From the IMG/VR virus record IMGVR_UViG_3300045988_054704: a DNA stretch of 31,720 nt. The stretch is one strand, 5' to 3'. The notes beneath the pieces are model-generated. The model worked only from the letters and a program-made list of their open reading frames with translations, was not told the origin of the DNA and did no database searches. Source of the DNA: a virus. Below are positions 1 through 7,701 of the stretch, one piece after another. The translations under genes were made by a program, and so were the position numbers. The stretch's first letter is position 1. Every line of letters starts with the position of its first letter.

Positions 1-127
1 AGCATTACGCCAGGAGAAGCGGATCGAGGAAGAGCTGGAACGCTTAAAGCTGGATCGGATGCTTCCGGGAGCACTGGCAGCAGATGGGCTGCCAAAAAGC
101 AGCAACCATTCTGATCTGTCGGATTAT
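1..127. repeat. Left arm of terminal inverted repeat (partner 31594..31720)
   Basis: Positions 1..55 are the exact reverse complement of 31666..31720. Mismatches occur only at 56, 88 and 108 up to position 127, after which the two sequences diverge. The arm lies inside the regulator ORF. Confidence 0.95.
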
Positions 128-367
128 ATGGCGAAGATTGATGAACTGGAAAGAAAGCTGATCAGGCAGAGGGGAAAGAAAGTCCAGATTCGTACAGAAA
201 TCAGAGAGAGGATTGAAGAACTGGATAACGAGAAAGAAAAAGATGTGCTGACGAAACGATACATAGATTGTGAGGGATGGAACAGGATCTGTGATGAAAC
301 GGGATACAGATGGACACAGGTACACAGAAATCATTCAGAAGCTTTAAAAAAATTCAAAATGGTATAG
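2..367 (+). CDS. Late-gene transcriptional regulator, RinA/ArpU-like with a sigma region-4-type HTH (5' partial; ORF open to the window edge)
   Basis: The frame is open from nt 2. The C-terminus 'DVLTKRYIDCEGWNRICDETGYRWTQVHRNHSEALKKF' resembles a sigma-70 region 4 / RinA-ArpU HTH. It sits immediately upstream of the HNH and terminase genes. It is a paralog of 31327..31719. Confidence 0.6.
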   Translation, partial: ALRQEKRIEEELERLKLDRMLPGALAADGLPKSSNHSDLSDYMAKIDELERKLIRQRGKKVQIRTEIRERIEELDNEKEKDVLTKRYIDCEGWNRICDETGYRWTQVHRNHSEALKKFKMV

Positions 368-418
368 AATGGTACACTCGGTCTGTGATATAGTGTATTC
401 AGGTAAAGAGATGAACAG

Positions 419-451
419 GGCAGCAGTCGAAAGATTGTTGCCTTTTTCTTT
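419..451 (+). terminator. Intrinsic terminator-like hairpin after the regulator gene
   Basis: GGCAGCAGTC-gaaa-GATTGTTGCC forms a 10-bp stem including G-U pairs with a GAAA loop, followed by TTTTTCTTT. The partner copy has a C->T change that keeps pairing as U-G. Confidence 0.6.
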
Positions 452-585
452 GCCATGAATTCCGGAAAGAGGTTTGGCGGTTTACTCTGGAAAGAATTTA
501 TTCATACGTCAGTACATTTGTTTGTTGCGATTATTACTTTTTTGAACTCCTTATTACAGATACAGAAACCGTCAGAGGAAAAGAT
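419..585 (+). promoter_or_regulatory. Conserved noncoding late-operon leader (partner 31134..31300)
   Basis: It is nearly identical to the module B copy, with 65-nt (464..528) and about 38-nt (544..581) perfect blocks. The flanking coding DNA is only about two-thirds identical. Indels between the copies break any common reading frame. Confidence 0.7.
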
Positions 586-939
586 ATGAAGGAACAACGG
601 AACCCAAGAAGCGCTAACGGGAATCTGAGAAGAAAACACCGGGCGAGGTTTAAAGCAATAGGTGGAGAATGCGGGATATGTAAAGGCAGGCTTGGCCCCA
701 TACATTACAATGAACCAAGCGATAGCAAACATCCGTTGTCTTTTGTTATAGATGAAATCAAACCGGTGTCAAGGTGGCGTGAGTTTGGATATAACTCACG
801 TGAAGCAGCGGCACAGGACTGGAACAACCTGCAACCGGCGCATTACTGTTGCAACGCAGCGAAAAGCAATAAAACGTTGAATGAAATGCAGAGGAGCCAG
901 CAAAAGCCCAAAATGAACGTTACAGATGGGGAATGGTGA
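586..939 (+). CDS. HNH endonuclease (terminase-associated type)
   Basis: Motifs 'CGICKG', 'FVIDEIKPVSR' and 'NLQPAHYCCNAAKSNK'. It lies directly upstream of TerS/TerL. RBS GAGGA lies 6 nt before the ATG. Confidence 0.75.
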   Translation: MKEQRNPRSANGNLRRKHRARFKAIGGECGICKGRLGPIHYNEPSDSKHPLSFVIDEIKPVSRWREFGYNSREAAAQDWNNLQPAHYCCNAAKSNKTLNEMQRSQQKPKMNVTDGEW

Positions 940-950
940 GAACTGCAAAT

Positions 951-1009
951 AGAGGGTGGGGAGGGTACCCCGCCACGCGGCGGCGGCGACCACCGCTGTC
1001 CAGCGCCGA
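951..1009. other. GC-rich intergenic patch, candidate cos region of module A
   Basis: 'agagggtggggagggtaccccgccacgcggcggcggcgaccaccgctgtccagcgccg' stands out from the AT-richer surroundings. It contains the palindrome GGGTACCC and a GCG/GCC run. It lies between HNH and TerS. Confidence 0.35.
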
Positions 1010-1045
1010 TTTACACACAGGGAATTTCTTGAAAGGTGAATTTTG

Positions 1046-1315
1046 ATGGGAAGAGCAAAAAAAATGGCAACAGTAACAAGCGAAGGAAGCCGCTTGGAAC
1101 GCTTGGAAAATTTGGCACTGATACTCGCAAAACAGATTGATATATGCGCGAAAGATGCTGCTGACGGTCCGAAGACAATGCCTCAGCTCTCCAGACAATA
1201 CAGAGAAACAATCAAAGAAATTGAAGAAATAAAAGGAATGGAGAAAGACGATGACGAAATCGGAGAAATCCTGTCGGCACGAAAAGCTGATGGGAAGCCA
1301 GACACCGTCCGATAG
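1046..1315 (+). CDS. Putative terminase small subunit
   Basis: A small charged protein immediately upstream of, and overlapping, TerL. RBS AAGGTG precedes the ATG at 1046; the track start at 1043 is a TTG. The call is positional only. Confidence 0.5.
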   Translation: MGRAKKMATVTSEGSRLERLENLALILAKQIDICAKDAADGPKTMPQLSRQYRETIKEIEEIKGMEKDDDEIGEILSARKADGKPDTVR

Positions 1316-2684
1316 AATTGTTCCGGATTACGCTTATACGGATGGCCCAGATGCGGTGAAAGTGCTTGCGGTCGGGAAATTGATTGTGGATCCGTGGCAG
1401 AGTGAAGTGCTGAATGATTGGATGGGGCGTACAGAGGATGATGTTTGGTCAGCGCCGACATGTGGCTTATCTGTTCCAAGACAGAACGGGAAAACACTGG
1501 ATACTTCCGGGCGGATTGCATCCGGAATGATTCTGTATGCAGAATGGGTTATATACACAGCTCATCTGCAGAAAACTGCAACAGAAACCTTTATGGAATT
1601 GCGCGGCTTGTTTGAAAGCAGAGGACTCCGTAAGTATGTAAAAGAAATTAAGGCGGCACTCGGAAGAGAACAGATTATTCTAAAAAATGGTGGAAGAGTA
1701 GTATTTGTTGCCAGAACAAGGAATGGTGGTCGAGGACTGCATGGCGACTGTCTTGTGTTTGATGAAGCACAGGAATTGACAAGCGAGCAGCAGGCATCTT
1801 TTTTGCCGGCAATATCAGCGTCAAGGAATCCACAAACGATTTATCTTGGAACACCACCGGATGAAAATTGTACCGGCACAGTATTCCGGAAGATAAGAAA
1901 ACGGGCAACGGAAGGTGAGAGCAAATCCACAGCCTGGACAGAATATTCTGTGAAAGAGATTGGAGATGTTACTGATCGTCAGAGATGGGCGGATTGCAAT
2001 CCGGCACTGGGGCGAAGAATGACAGAAACAACCATAGCTGCAGAGTGCGAACAGATGGATGCGGACACGTTTGCAAGAGAGCGTCTCGGCTGGTGGTCGC
2101 CAATCAACAATGATCAGGACTATGCAATTGATAAGAAGAAATGGGAAGAATGTGCTTCGGAAAAAGAAAAACCGGAAGGGAAAACTGCTTACGGTGTAAA
2201 GTTTTCGCTTGACGGTTCGGCGGTAGCATTATGCGGAGCTGTCTGTCCAGAGGTAGGGGAAGCGAGAATTTCACTGATCGAGCTTAAAACAACGGACAGA
2301 GGAATCCAGTGGCTTGCGGATTGGCTAAATCAGAGATACAAGATGGCAAGCTGTGTGGTGATCGATGGAAGAAATGGAGTTGACTTCCTGATAGAGAAGA
2401 TAACACCGGTGTGGAAATATAAGCAGTCAATTGTTCGACCGGCAGCAAAAGAAGTGATAGCAGCGGCGAGTCAGCTATCACAGGAAATCAATGAACAGAC
2501 TGTAACATGGTATAAATACCAAGAAATACTGAATGAATCAGCAATTACGTCTGTAAAAAGACCGATTTCCGGTGGCTGGGGATTTGGTGGAGAAAACTCA
2601 ATCCCGATCGAAGCAGCAGCACTTGCACTTTGGGGATGCAGAACATCGAAACGAAATCCGAACAGAAAGATGAGGATAGGATAA
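1251..2684 (+). CDS. terL: Terminase large subunit
   Basis: Walker A-like 'VPRQNGKT', Walker B-like 'CLVFDEAQ', and the upstream 'DPWQ' motif typical of TerL N-termini. Confidence 0.9.
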   Translation: MTKSEKSCRHEKLMGSQTPSDRIVPDYAYTDGPDAVKVLAVGKLIVDPWQSEVLNDWMGRTEDDVWSAPTCGLSVPRQNGKTLDTSGRIASGMILYAEWVIYTAHLQKTATETFMELRGLFESRGLRKYVKEIKAALGREQIILKNGGRVVFVARTRNGGRGLHGDCLVFDEAQELTSEQQASFLPAISASRNPQTIYLGTPPDENCTGTVFRKIRKRATEGESKSTAWTEYSVKEIGDVTDRQRWADCNPALGRRMTETTIAAECEQMDADTFARERLGWWSPINNDQDYAIDKKKWEECASEKEKPEGKTAYGVKFSLDGSAVALCGAVCPEVGEARISLIELKTTDRGIQWLADWLNQRYKMASCVVIDGRNGVDFLIEKITPVWKYKQSIVRPAAKEVIAAASQLSQEINEQTVTWYKYQEILNESAITSVKRPISGGWGFGGENSIPIEAAALALWGCRTSKRNPNRKMRIG

Positions 2685-4117
2685 TGGAGTTAAATTTTGG
2701 AAGAGTAGAAGGATTACCACCGGAAGAACAACAGTGGCTTCAGGAATTGAAATACATATATGATTATCACAGAAGTGCAAATAGGAAAAAGCGCCGTTAT
2801 TATAACGGAAAAGTCACACTGAATGAAGTGAATCTTGGGATTGCATTGCCAGCAGGTCTTGGAAAACTTGAGATTGGATGTGCCTGGGGAGCAAAAACCG
2901 TTGATGTACTTGCGGGAAGATCGATGTTTGATGGGTTTGTTACAGAAAATGGAACGAAGTCAGAAGATATGGATCAGATTATGAAAAGGAATCATTTGAT
3001 AGCGGAATACAATAAAGCGGTCAAAGAAGAACTGAAATACGGTTGTGCATTTGCGGCGGTATCCGGAGAGGAAGATGATGCAAGAGTACGGTTTTACTCT
3101 CCACATTGTGCTGCAGCTTCGTGGAATGCACACGAAGGACGCATCCGATATGGATTTGCCTTTGAAGATGCGCGAAGAGACGAGTCGGATGTTACATGGT
3201 CTCCGGAACATGTAAATTTCTATACAGACACAGACATCTGGGAACTGGATCGGATTGGAGGTACATGGTATGCTACGCAGAATCCCCATTATTTCGGAGA
3301 ACCCCTTATGGTGGCTCTGATCTGGGACGCAACAAACGATAAACCATTTGGTCAGTCAAGGCTAAAAGAGCCGGTCCGCAGACTAATCCAGGGATATGTA
3401 AGAACAGTCGCAAATGCAACGATTGGACTGGAATTTGCCACTTCTCCACAGAAATATCTGCTCGGGGTGTCAGATGAACAATATGATATGCTGATTGATA
3501 ATAAATTCAAACAGTATGTTGGAAGTATTCTCTACAGTACCAATAATCCGGAGACTGGGGAAAAGCCGAATTTCGGGCAACTTTCGCAGGGAAATATTGA
3601 ACCACATGTTCAGATGCTCCGGATGCTTGCTACACAGTATTCAGCGGCAACGGGGTTGGCGGTTACGGATGTTGGTGTGATAAATGATGCAAATCCGACT
3701 TCCAGTGAAGCAATTATTGCACAGTCACAGACCTTGATCCTTATGGCAGAACAGCTGAATAAATCAAATGGTGATGCATTGTATCGGATTGGACGGATGG
3801 CACTTGCAATTGAACTTGGAACGATTCCGGATGAGCTTCCGGAAGAAACACATGAGCTGATTGCACATTTTAAGAATCCGGCAATGCCAAGCGTGGCATC
3901 TACTACAGATGCAGCACTCAAAATTGCGACAGCGCGACAAGGATTTGCACAGACAGATATTTTCCTTGAAATGATTGGTTTTGATCAGGCAGATATCCGC
4001 AGAATCCGAGCACAGGAACAAAGGGCAAAAGGTGACAGTATCTTGACGGAGGAATTTGGAAATGCAGATAACGGAGAAAGCGTGGCTGGAGTACATAACG
4101 AAGATGTCACAGATTAG
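2684..4117 (+). CDS. Portal protein (SPP1 gp6-like)
   Basis: About 478 aa, starting at 'MELNFGR' in an ATAATG overlap with the TerL stop. It is followed by a MuF/gp7-like gene, as in SPP1-type heads. Confidence 0.75.
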   Translation: MELNFGRVEGLPPEEQQWLQELKYIYDYHRSANRKKRRYYNGKVTLNEVNLGIALPAGLGKLEIGCAWGAKTVDVLAGRSMFDGFVTENGTKSEDMDQIMKRNHLIAEYNKAVKEELKYGCAFAAVSGEEDDARVRFYSPHCAAASWNAHEGRIRYGFAFEDARRDESDVTWSPEHVNFYTDTDIWELDRIGGTWYATQNPHYFGEPLMVALIWDATNDKPFGQSRLKEPVRRLIQGYVRTVANATIGLEFATSPQKYLLGVSDEQYDMLIDNKFKQYVGSILYSTNNPETGEKPNFGQLSQGNIEPHVQMLRMLATQYSAATGLAVTDVGVINDANPTSSEAIIAQSQTLILMAEQLNKSNGDALYRIGRMALAIELGTIPDELPEETHELIAHFKNPAMPSVASTTDAALKIATARQGFAQTDIFLEMIGFDQADIRRIRAQEQRAKGDSILTEEFGNADNGESVAGVHNEDVTD

Positions 4118-5345
4118 CCAGAAAGCAGCGGATCTGATGCAGTCCTGGGTTCAGAAGAATGGATTGGAAAACGATAAAGCACTTTTGGACTACGCCTATG
4201 CACTGTCACAACACTATGGACAGGCTATCGGTGCATTATCGTGCCAGATGTATGAAGCGACAGCTGCAGCACAGGGAGTAATAGTCCCTACGGCAGAAGT
4301 AGCAGATCTCCCGGACTATGGGGAAGTGGCAAAAGCAGTAAAAGGAACAAAAAAGCAGTCTCCGAACAATATTCCTGGAACGCTTGCAAGGCTTGTAAAA
4401 CAGGTAGGTGCAGATACGACACTGAAAAATGCAGAGCGTGACGGGGCACAGTTTGCCTGGGTGCCACATGGGGACACCTGTGCTTTCTGCATTACACTTG
4501 CGTCCAGAGGATGGCAGAACATGTCAAAGAAAGCTCTTAGGAATGGTCACGCGGAACACATTCATGCGCATTGCGATTGCGAATATGCAGTCCGGTTTGA
4601 TGGAAAAAGCACGGTTGCAGGATATGATCCGGATAAGTATCTGGAGGAGTATCAGGCAGCAGGCGGTGACATCAATGCCATGCGCCGGATGATATACAAA
4701 GAGAATAAAGAGGCTATTAATGCGAGGAAGAGAGAACTGTATGCAGAACAGGCTTACCGAAAGGTTAAAAGAGGAAAAGCAGAAGAAATTTCATTGACCA
4801 GAGGCGGCAAAGAAGTGGCGGTTTCGGTTAGAAAAGTGGAAAGCTATGATACATCTATGTATATATCAGATCAAGCACAGATAAAGCCAAAAGCATTGAA
4901 TGCAATTAATCAGAACACAGAAAAGGCCTTGAAAGAATATGGTGTTCCAAGCGAACGGAAGCCAACAATTGTGATTCTGGCAGATGATGAACTGAAAAAT
5001 GCCCTTGGTTTGTATGATCCGTGTACAAATACAGTATATTATAGTCAGTCAATAGCAAAGCAGGAAATACAGAAATTAGCTGGTGGAAAAGATGCTGTTG
5101 AAAGGCATGAAATGTGGCATATGAAACAGGCAGAAGAATTCCGAAAAGCGGGTTGGGAGATTACCAAAGAAAACCGTAGTGAATATCTGAAAGAACTGTG
5201 CAAAAAGGCAAAGAAAAATCTTGACGCATTAGGAATTACGCAGGATAATGTAAGTGAAATAAGCGATTATGCATATCAACAATATCAATTAGGACGATAT
5301 GATGAAACGGAAGCAGAATATATGTTGATTTATAACAGGAGATAG
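4062..5345 (+). CDS. MuF / SPP1 gp7-like minor head protein fused to a C-terminal HExxH domain
   Basis: MuF-type motifs 'AWVPHGDTCAFCITLASRGW' and 'HAHCDCEY' lie in the N-terminal half. The C-terminal third carries 'AVERHEMWHMKQAE' (HExxH). GGAGG lies 8 nt before the ATG at 4062. Confidence 0.75.
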   Translation: MQITEKAWLEYITKMSQISQKAADLMQSWVQKNGLENDKALLDYAYALSQHYGQAIGALSCQMYEATAAAQGVIVPTAEVADLPDYGEVAKAVKGTKKQSPNNIPGTLARLVKQVGADTTLKNAERDGAQFAWVPHGDTCAFCITLASRGWQNMSKKALRNGHAEHIHAHCDCEYAVRFDGKSTVAGYDPDKYLEEYQAAGGDINAMRRMIYKENKEAINARKRELYAEQAYRKVKRGKAEEISLTRGGKEVAVSVRKVESYDTSMYISDQAQIKPKALNAINQNTEKALKEYGVPSERKPTIVILADDELKNALGLYDPCTNTVYYSQSIAKQEIQKLAGGKDAVERHEMWHMKQAEEFRKAGWEITKENRSEYLKELCKKAKKNLDALGITQDNVSEISDYAYQQYQLGRYDETEAEYMLIYNRR

Positions 5346-5350
5346 AGAGA

Positions 5351-5509
5351 ATGAAACTCATAAAGTATCCGGATGAGATAGAAAAGTTAATGAAAGTATA
5401 CGAACCGTATGTCAATCATATTCATGATGGGAAAATTGAAAACGTGCCGGAAGAGGTTAGTGAAGCGTTTGAAAAAGTAAAAGCCTGGGCTTGGGAGCAA
5501 GAACAGTAA
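5351..5509 (+). CDS. Small hypothetical protein (52 aa), below the ORF-track cutoff
   Basis: ATG at 5351 is preceded by 'aggagatagagaga'. Translation is MKLIKYPDEIEKLMKVYEPYVNHIHDGKIENVPEEVSEAFEKVKAWAWEQEQ. It lies directly downstream of the MuF-fusion gene. Confidence 0.4.
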   Translation: MKLIKYPDEIEKLMKVYEPYVNHIHDGKIENVPEEVSEAFEKVKAWAWEQEQ

Positions 5510-5535
5510 CAGAGGGAAAAGAACCAGCAGGTTTT

Positions 5536-5676
5536 ATGAAAATACGAATTCCGGATGGAGAGATTGTAGAGCATGAAAATACAAGCATGTTTGCAGCACC
5601 ACACGTGAGGCGAGAATTGAAAAGGATTGCAAAGATGGATAATCCACCAAAAGAAAAAACGGTAATATGGTATTAA
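5536..5676 (+). CDS. Small hypothetical protein (46 aa from ATG 5536; the track offers a TTG at 5491)
   Basis: An open frame co-oriented with the operon. The RBS is weak and there is no recognisable motif. Confidence 0.25.
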   Translation: MKIRIPDGEIVEHENTSMFAAPHVRRELKRIAKMDNPPKEKTVIWY

Positions 5677-5740
5677 AAGCCACTGATCGGAAACGGTTGG
5701 TGGTATTTTTATACTCATTTTTAAGAAAGGAAGAAAGAAC

Positions 5741-6235
5741 ATGAGATTTGACGAGGCATTTAAAATAATGAAGCAGGGTAGCAAAGTGAAAATTCCATCT
5801 TGGGGCGGTTATTGGTTTTGGTCAAAAGAGAAACAGACTATTATCATGCACACAAAAGATGGCGAAGAGTTGGATATCAGAGAGACAAAGATTCCAGATT
5901 ATACATTTGGAAATATCTGTTCTGATGAATGGGTACTGGCAGACGGAGAAAATTGTCCGGAACTGGGCGGAGAAGCTCTGTTTTCATTTGGAGAAGCAAT
6001 TAAATATCTGAAACGTGGAATGAAAGTGGCACGTAAAGGCTGGAATGGAAAGGGACAGTACATCCAGCTTGCAACCGGAATTTCATATAAAACAGAAGAT
6101 GGGGATATTGTAAATTGTGAGCATGATGCCATCGGAAACATGGCTATTGCATTCTGCGGAACATCTGGTGTTCAGATGGGATGGTTAGCGTCTCAGGCTG
6201 ATATGCTGTCAGAGGATTGGAAATTTGCAGAATAG
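5741..6235 (+). CDS. Tandem DUF2829 (Tad2-like) protein
   Basis: The second half, 'FSFGEAIKYLKRGMKVARKGWNGKGQYIQL...GWLASQADMLSEDWKF', matches the DUF2829 signature. The first half, 'MRFDEAFKIMKQGSKVKIPSWGGYWF...ICSDEWVL', is a shorter copy of the same pattern. Confidence 0.7.
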   Translation: MRFDEAFKIMKQGSKVKIPSWGGYWFWSKEKQTIIMHTKDGEELDIRETKIPDYTFGNICSDEWVLADGENCPELGGEALFSFGEAIKYLKRGMKVARKGWNGKGQYIQLATGISYKTEDGDIVNCEHDAIGNMAIAFCGTSGVQMGWLASQADMLSEDWKFAE

Positions 6236-6264
6236 GAAAGGCGGTGATCCAGATATCTCCCTTT

Positions 6265-6293
6265 AAGGCGCAGGGTTACGCGTCTTATTTTTA
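6265..6293 (+). terminator. Terminator-like hairpin after the DUF2829 gene
   Basis: AAGGCGC-agggttac-GCGTCTT forms a 7-bp stem with one G-U pair, followed by ATTTTTA. Confidence 0.4.
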
Positions 6294-6351
6294 TGGCAAC
6301 ACGTGCCTTAAACGTGGCAACTAAAAACACTCAAATCAGGAGGGAAACAAG

Positions 6352-6798
6352 ATGGCAGATGACAAAACATTCACTCAGGCAGAAATGGATTCAATCATAG
6401 AGGGACGCCTTGCGAGAGAAAGACAGAAATATGCAGATTATGATGACCTGAAAGAAAAGGCAAGTAAGTACGATGAGTACCAGGCGCAGAATAAAACGGA
6501 ACTTCAGAAGGAAAAAGAAAAGTCCGATGCTCTTCAGGCAAAATTAAGCGCACTTGAAAAGAAAGACACTGTAAGACAGGTAAGAGAAAAAACAGCAAAA
6601 GACACTGGTGTACCGGTAGAATTACTGACAGGGGAAGATGAGGAAACCTGTAAAAAACAGGCAGAAGCGATTATGAAATTTGCGAAGCCAAAGAGTTATC
6701 CGGGAACTAAGGGAAACAGGAAAAAGACAACAGAGTATAACACAACGGATGATGCAATGAGAGAATTTGCACATCAAATTTTTGGTAAAGGAGAATAA
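6352..6798 (+). CDS. Capsid scaffolding protein (DUF4355-like)
   Basis: N-terminal 'FTQAEMDSIIEGRLARERQK', a long charged coiled-coil stretch, and a position immediately upstream of the capsid gene. Strong RBS AGGAGG. Confidence 0.8.
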   Translation: MADDKTFTQAEMDSIIEGRLARERQKYADYDDLKEKASKYDEYQAQNKTELQKEKEKSDALQAKLSALEKKDTVRQVREKTAKDTGVPVELLTGEDEETCKKQAEAIMKFAKPKSYPGTKGNRKKTTEYNTTDDAMREFAHQIFGKGE

Positions 6799-6803
6799 AG
6801 AAT

Positions 6804-7700
6804 ATGGCAGCACTTATTAGCTCAGATTTTGAAATTCCGGCAGAGATTTCGCAGGGGATTTTTGAAAAAGCACAGAAAGGATCTACTCTGGCGCAGTTAT
6901 CCGGAGCAAGACCGCAGAAATTTGGAAAACAGCAGGTGTGGGTACTTACATCGCCACCGAAAGCAGAACTCGTAGGAGAGGCAGGGCAGAAATCGCCAAC
7001 CCCAACTGCATATGCTCATAAAGCAGTAAATCCGTTCAAACTGCAGGTTACCATGAGATTTTCGCAGGAAGTACAGTGGGCAGACGAAGATGTACAGATC
7101 GGCGTACTGCAGGATCTGGCGTCAAATGCGTCAATCGCACTGGGAAGAGCATTGGATCTTGTTGGAATTCACAAAATCAATCCGCTTACAGGAACGGTAT
7201 CAAGCCTTGTAAAAGAAGGGCTGGTTGACACGAAACAGAGTGTGCAGCTTGCAGGCACAAAGTATGATGAAGCAATCGAGGCGGCAGCAGGAATGATCAT
7301 CTCGTCTGGCTATGTACCGAGTGGTATTGCAATGGATCCAACACTTTCCTTTGGTCTTTCCACTATGAGGGATGCGGATGGAAGAAAGATTTATCCGGAA
7401 ATTGGATTCGGACAGAATCTTACAAATTTTTCCGGAATGACTGCGGCAGTATCTGATACAGTTTCAGCAAAAAATGAAATCACACCAGATACGAAGTTAC
7501 TTGGAATCGTAGGACAGTTTGATGCGTTTAGATGGGGAGTACAGAGATCCATTGGCGCTCACTTGATCGAATACGGTGATCCGGATGGACTTGGAGACCT
7601 GCAGAGACAGAACCAGATTGCAATCCGTGCAGAAATTGTATACGGAATTGGAATCATGGATCAGGCAGCATTTACAAAGATCGTGAAGGCGGAAGAGTAA
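6804..7700 (+). CDS. Major capsid protein (HK97 fold, scaffold-dependent type)
   Basis: 298 aa, directly after the scaffold gene, with a capsid-like sequence ('...IAIRAEIVYGIGIMDQAAF'). Confidence 0.85.
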   Translation: MAALISSDFEIPAEISQGIFEKAQKGSTLAQLSGARPQKFGKQQVWVLTSPPKAELVGEAGQKSPTPTAYAHKAVNPFKLQVTMRFSQEVQWADEDVQIGVLQDLASNASIALGRALDLVGIHKINPLTGTVSSLVKEGLVDTKQSVQLAGTKYDEAIEAAAGMIISSGYVPSGIAMDPTLSFGLSTMRDADGRKIYPEIGFGQNLTNFSGMTAAVSDTVSAKNEITPDTKLLGIVGQFDAFRWGVQRSIGAHLIEYGDPDGLGDLQRQNQIAIRAEIVYGIGIMDQAAFTKIVKAEE

Positions 7701-7701
7701 T

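Noticed and set aside
5422-5784. 120-aa ORF on the - strand in the small-ORF region of module A
   Set aside because: It lies antisense to co-oriented small ORFs and to the start of the DUF2829 gene. It is Phe/Cys/Ser-rich, has no RBS and runs across a terminator-like hairpin.
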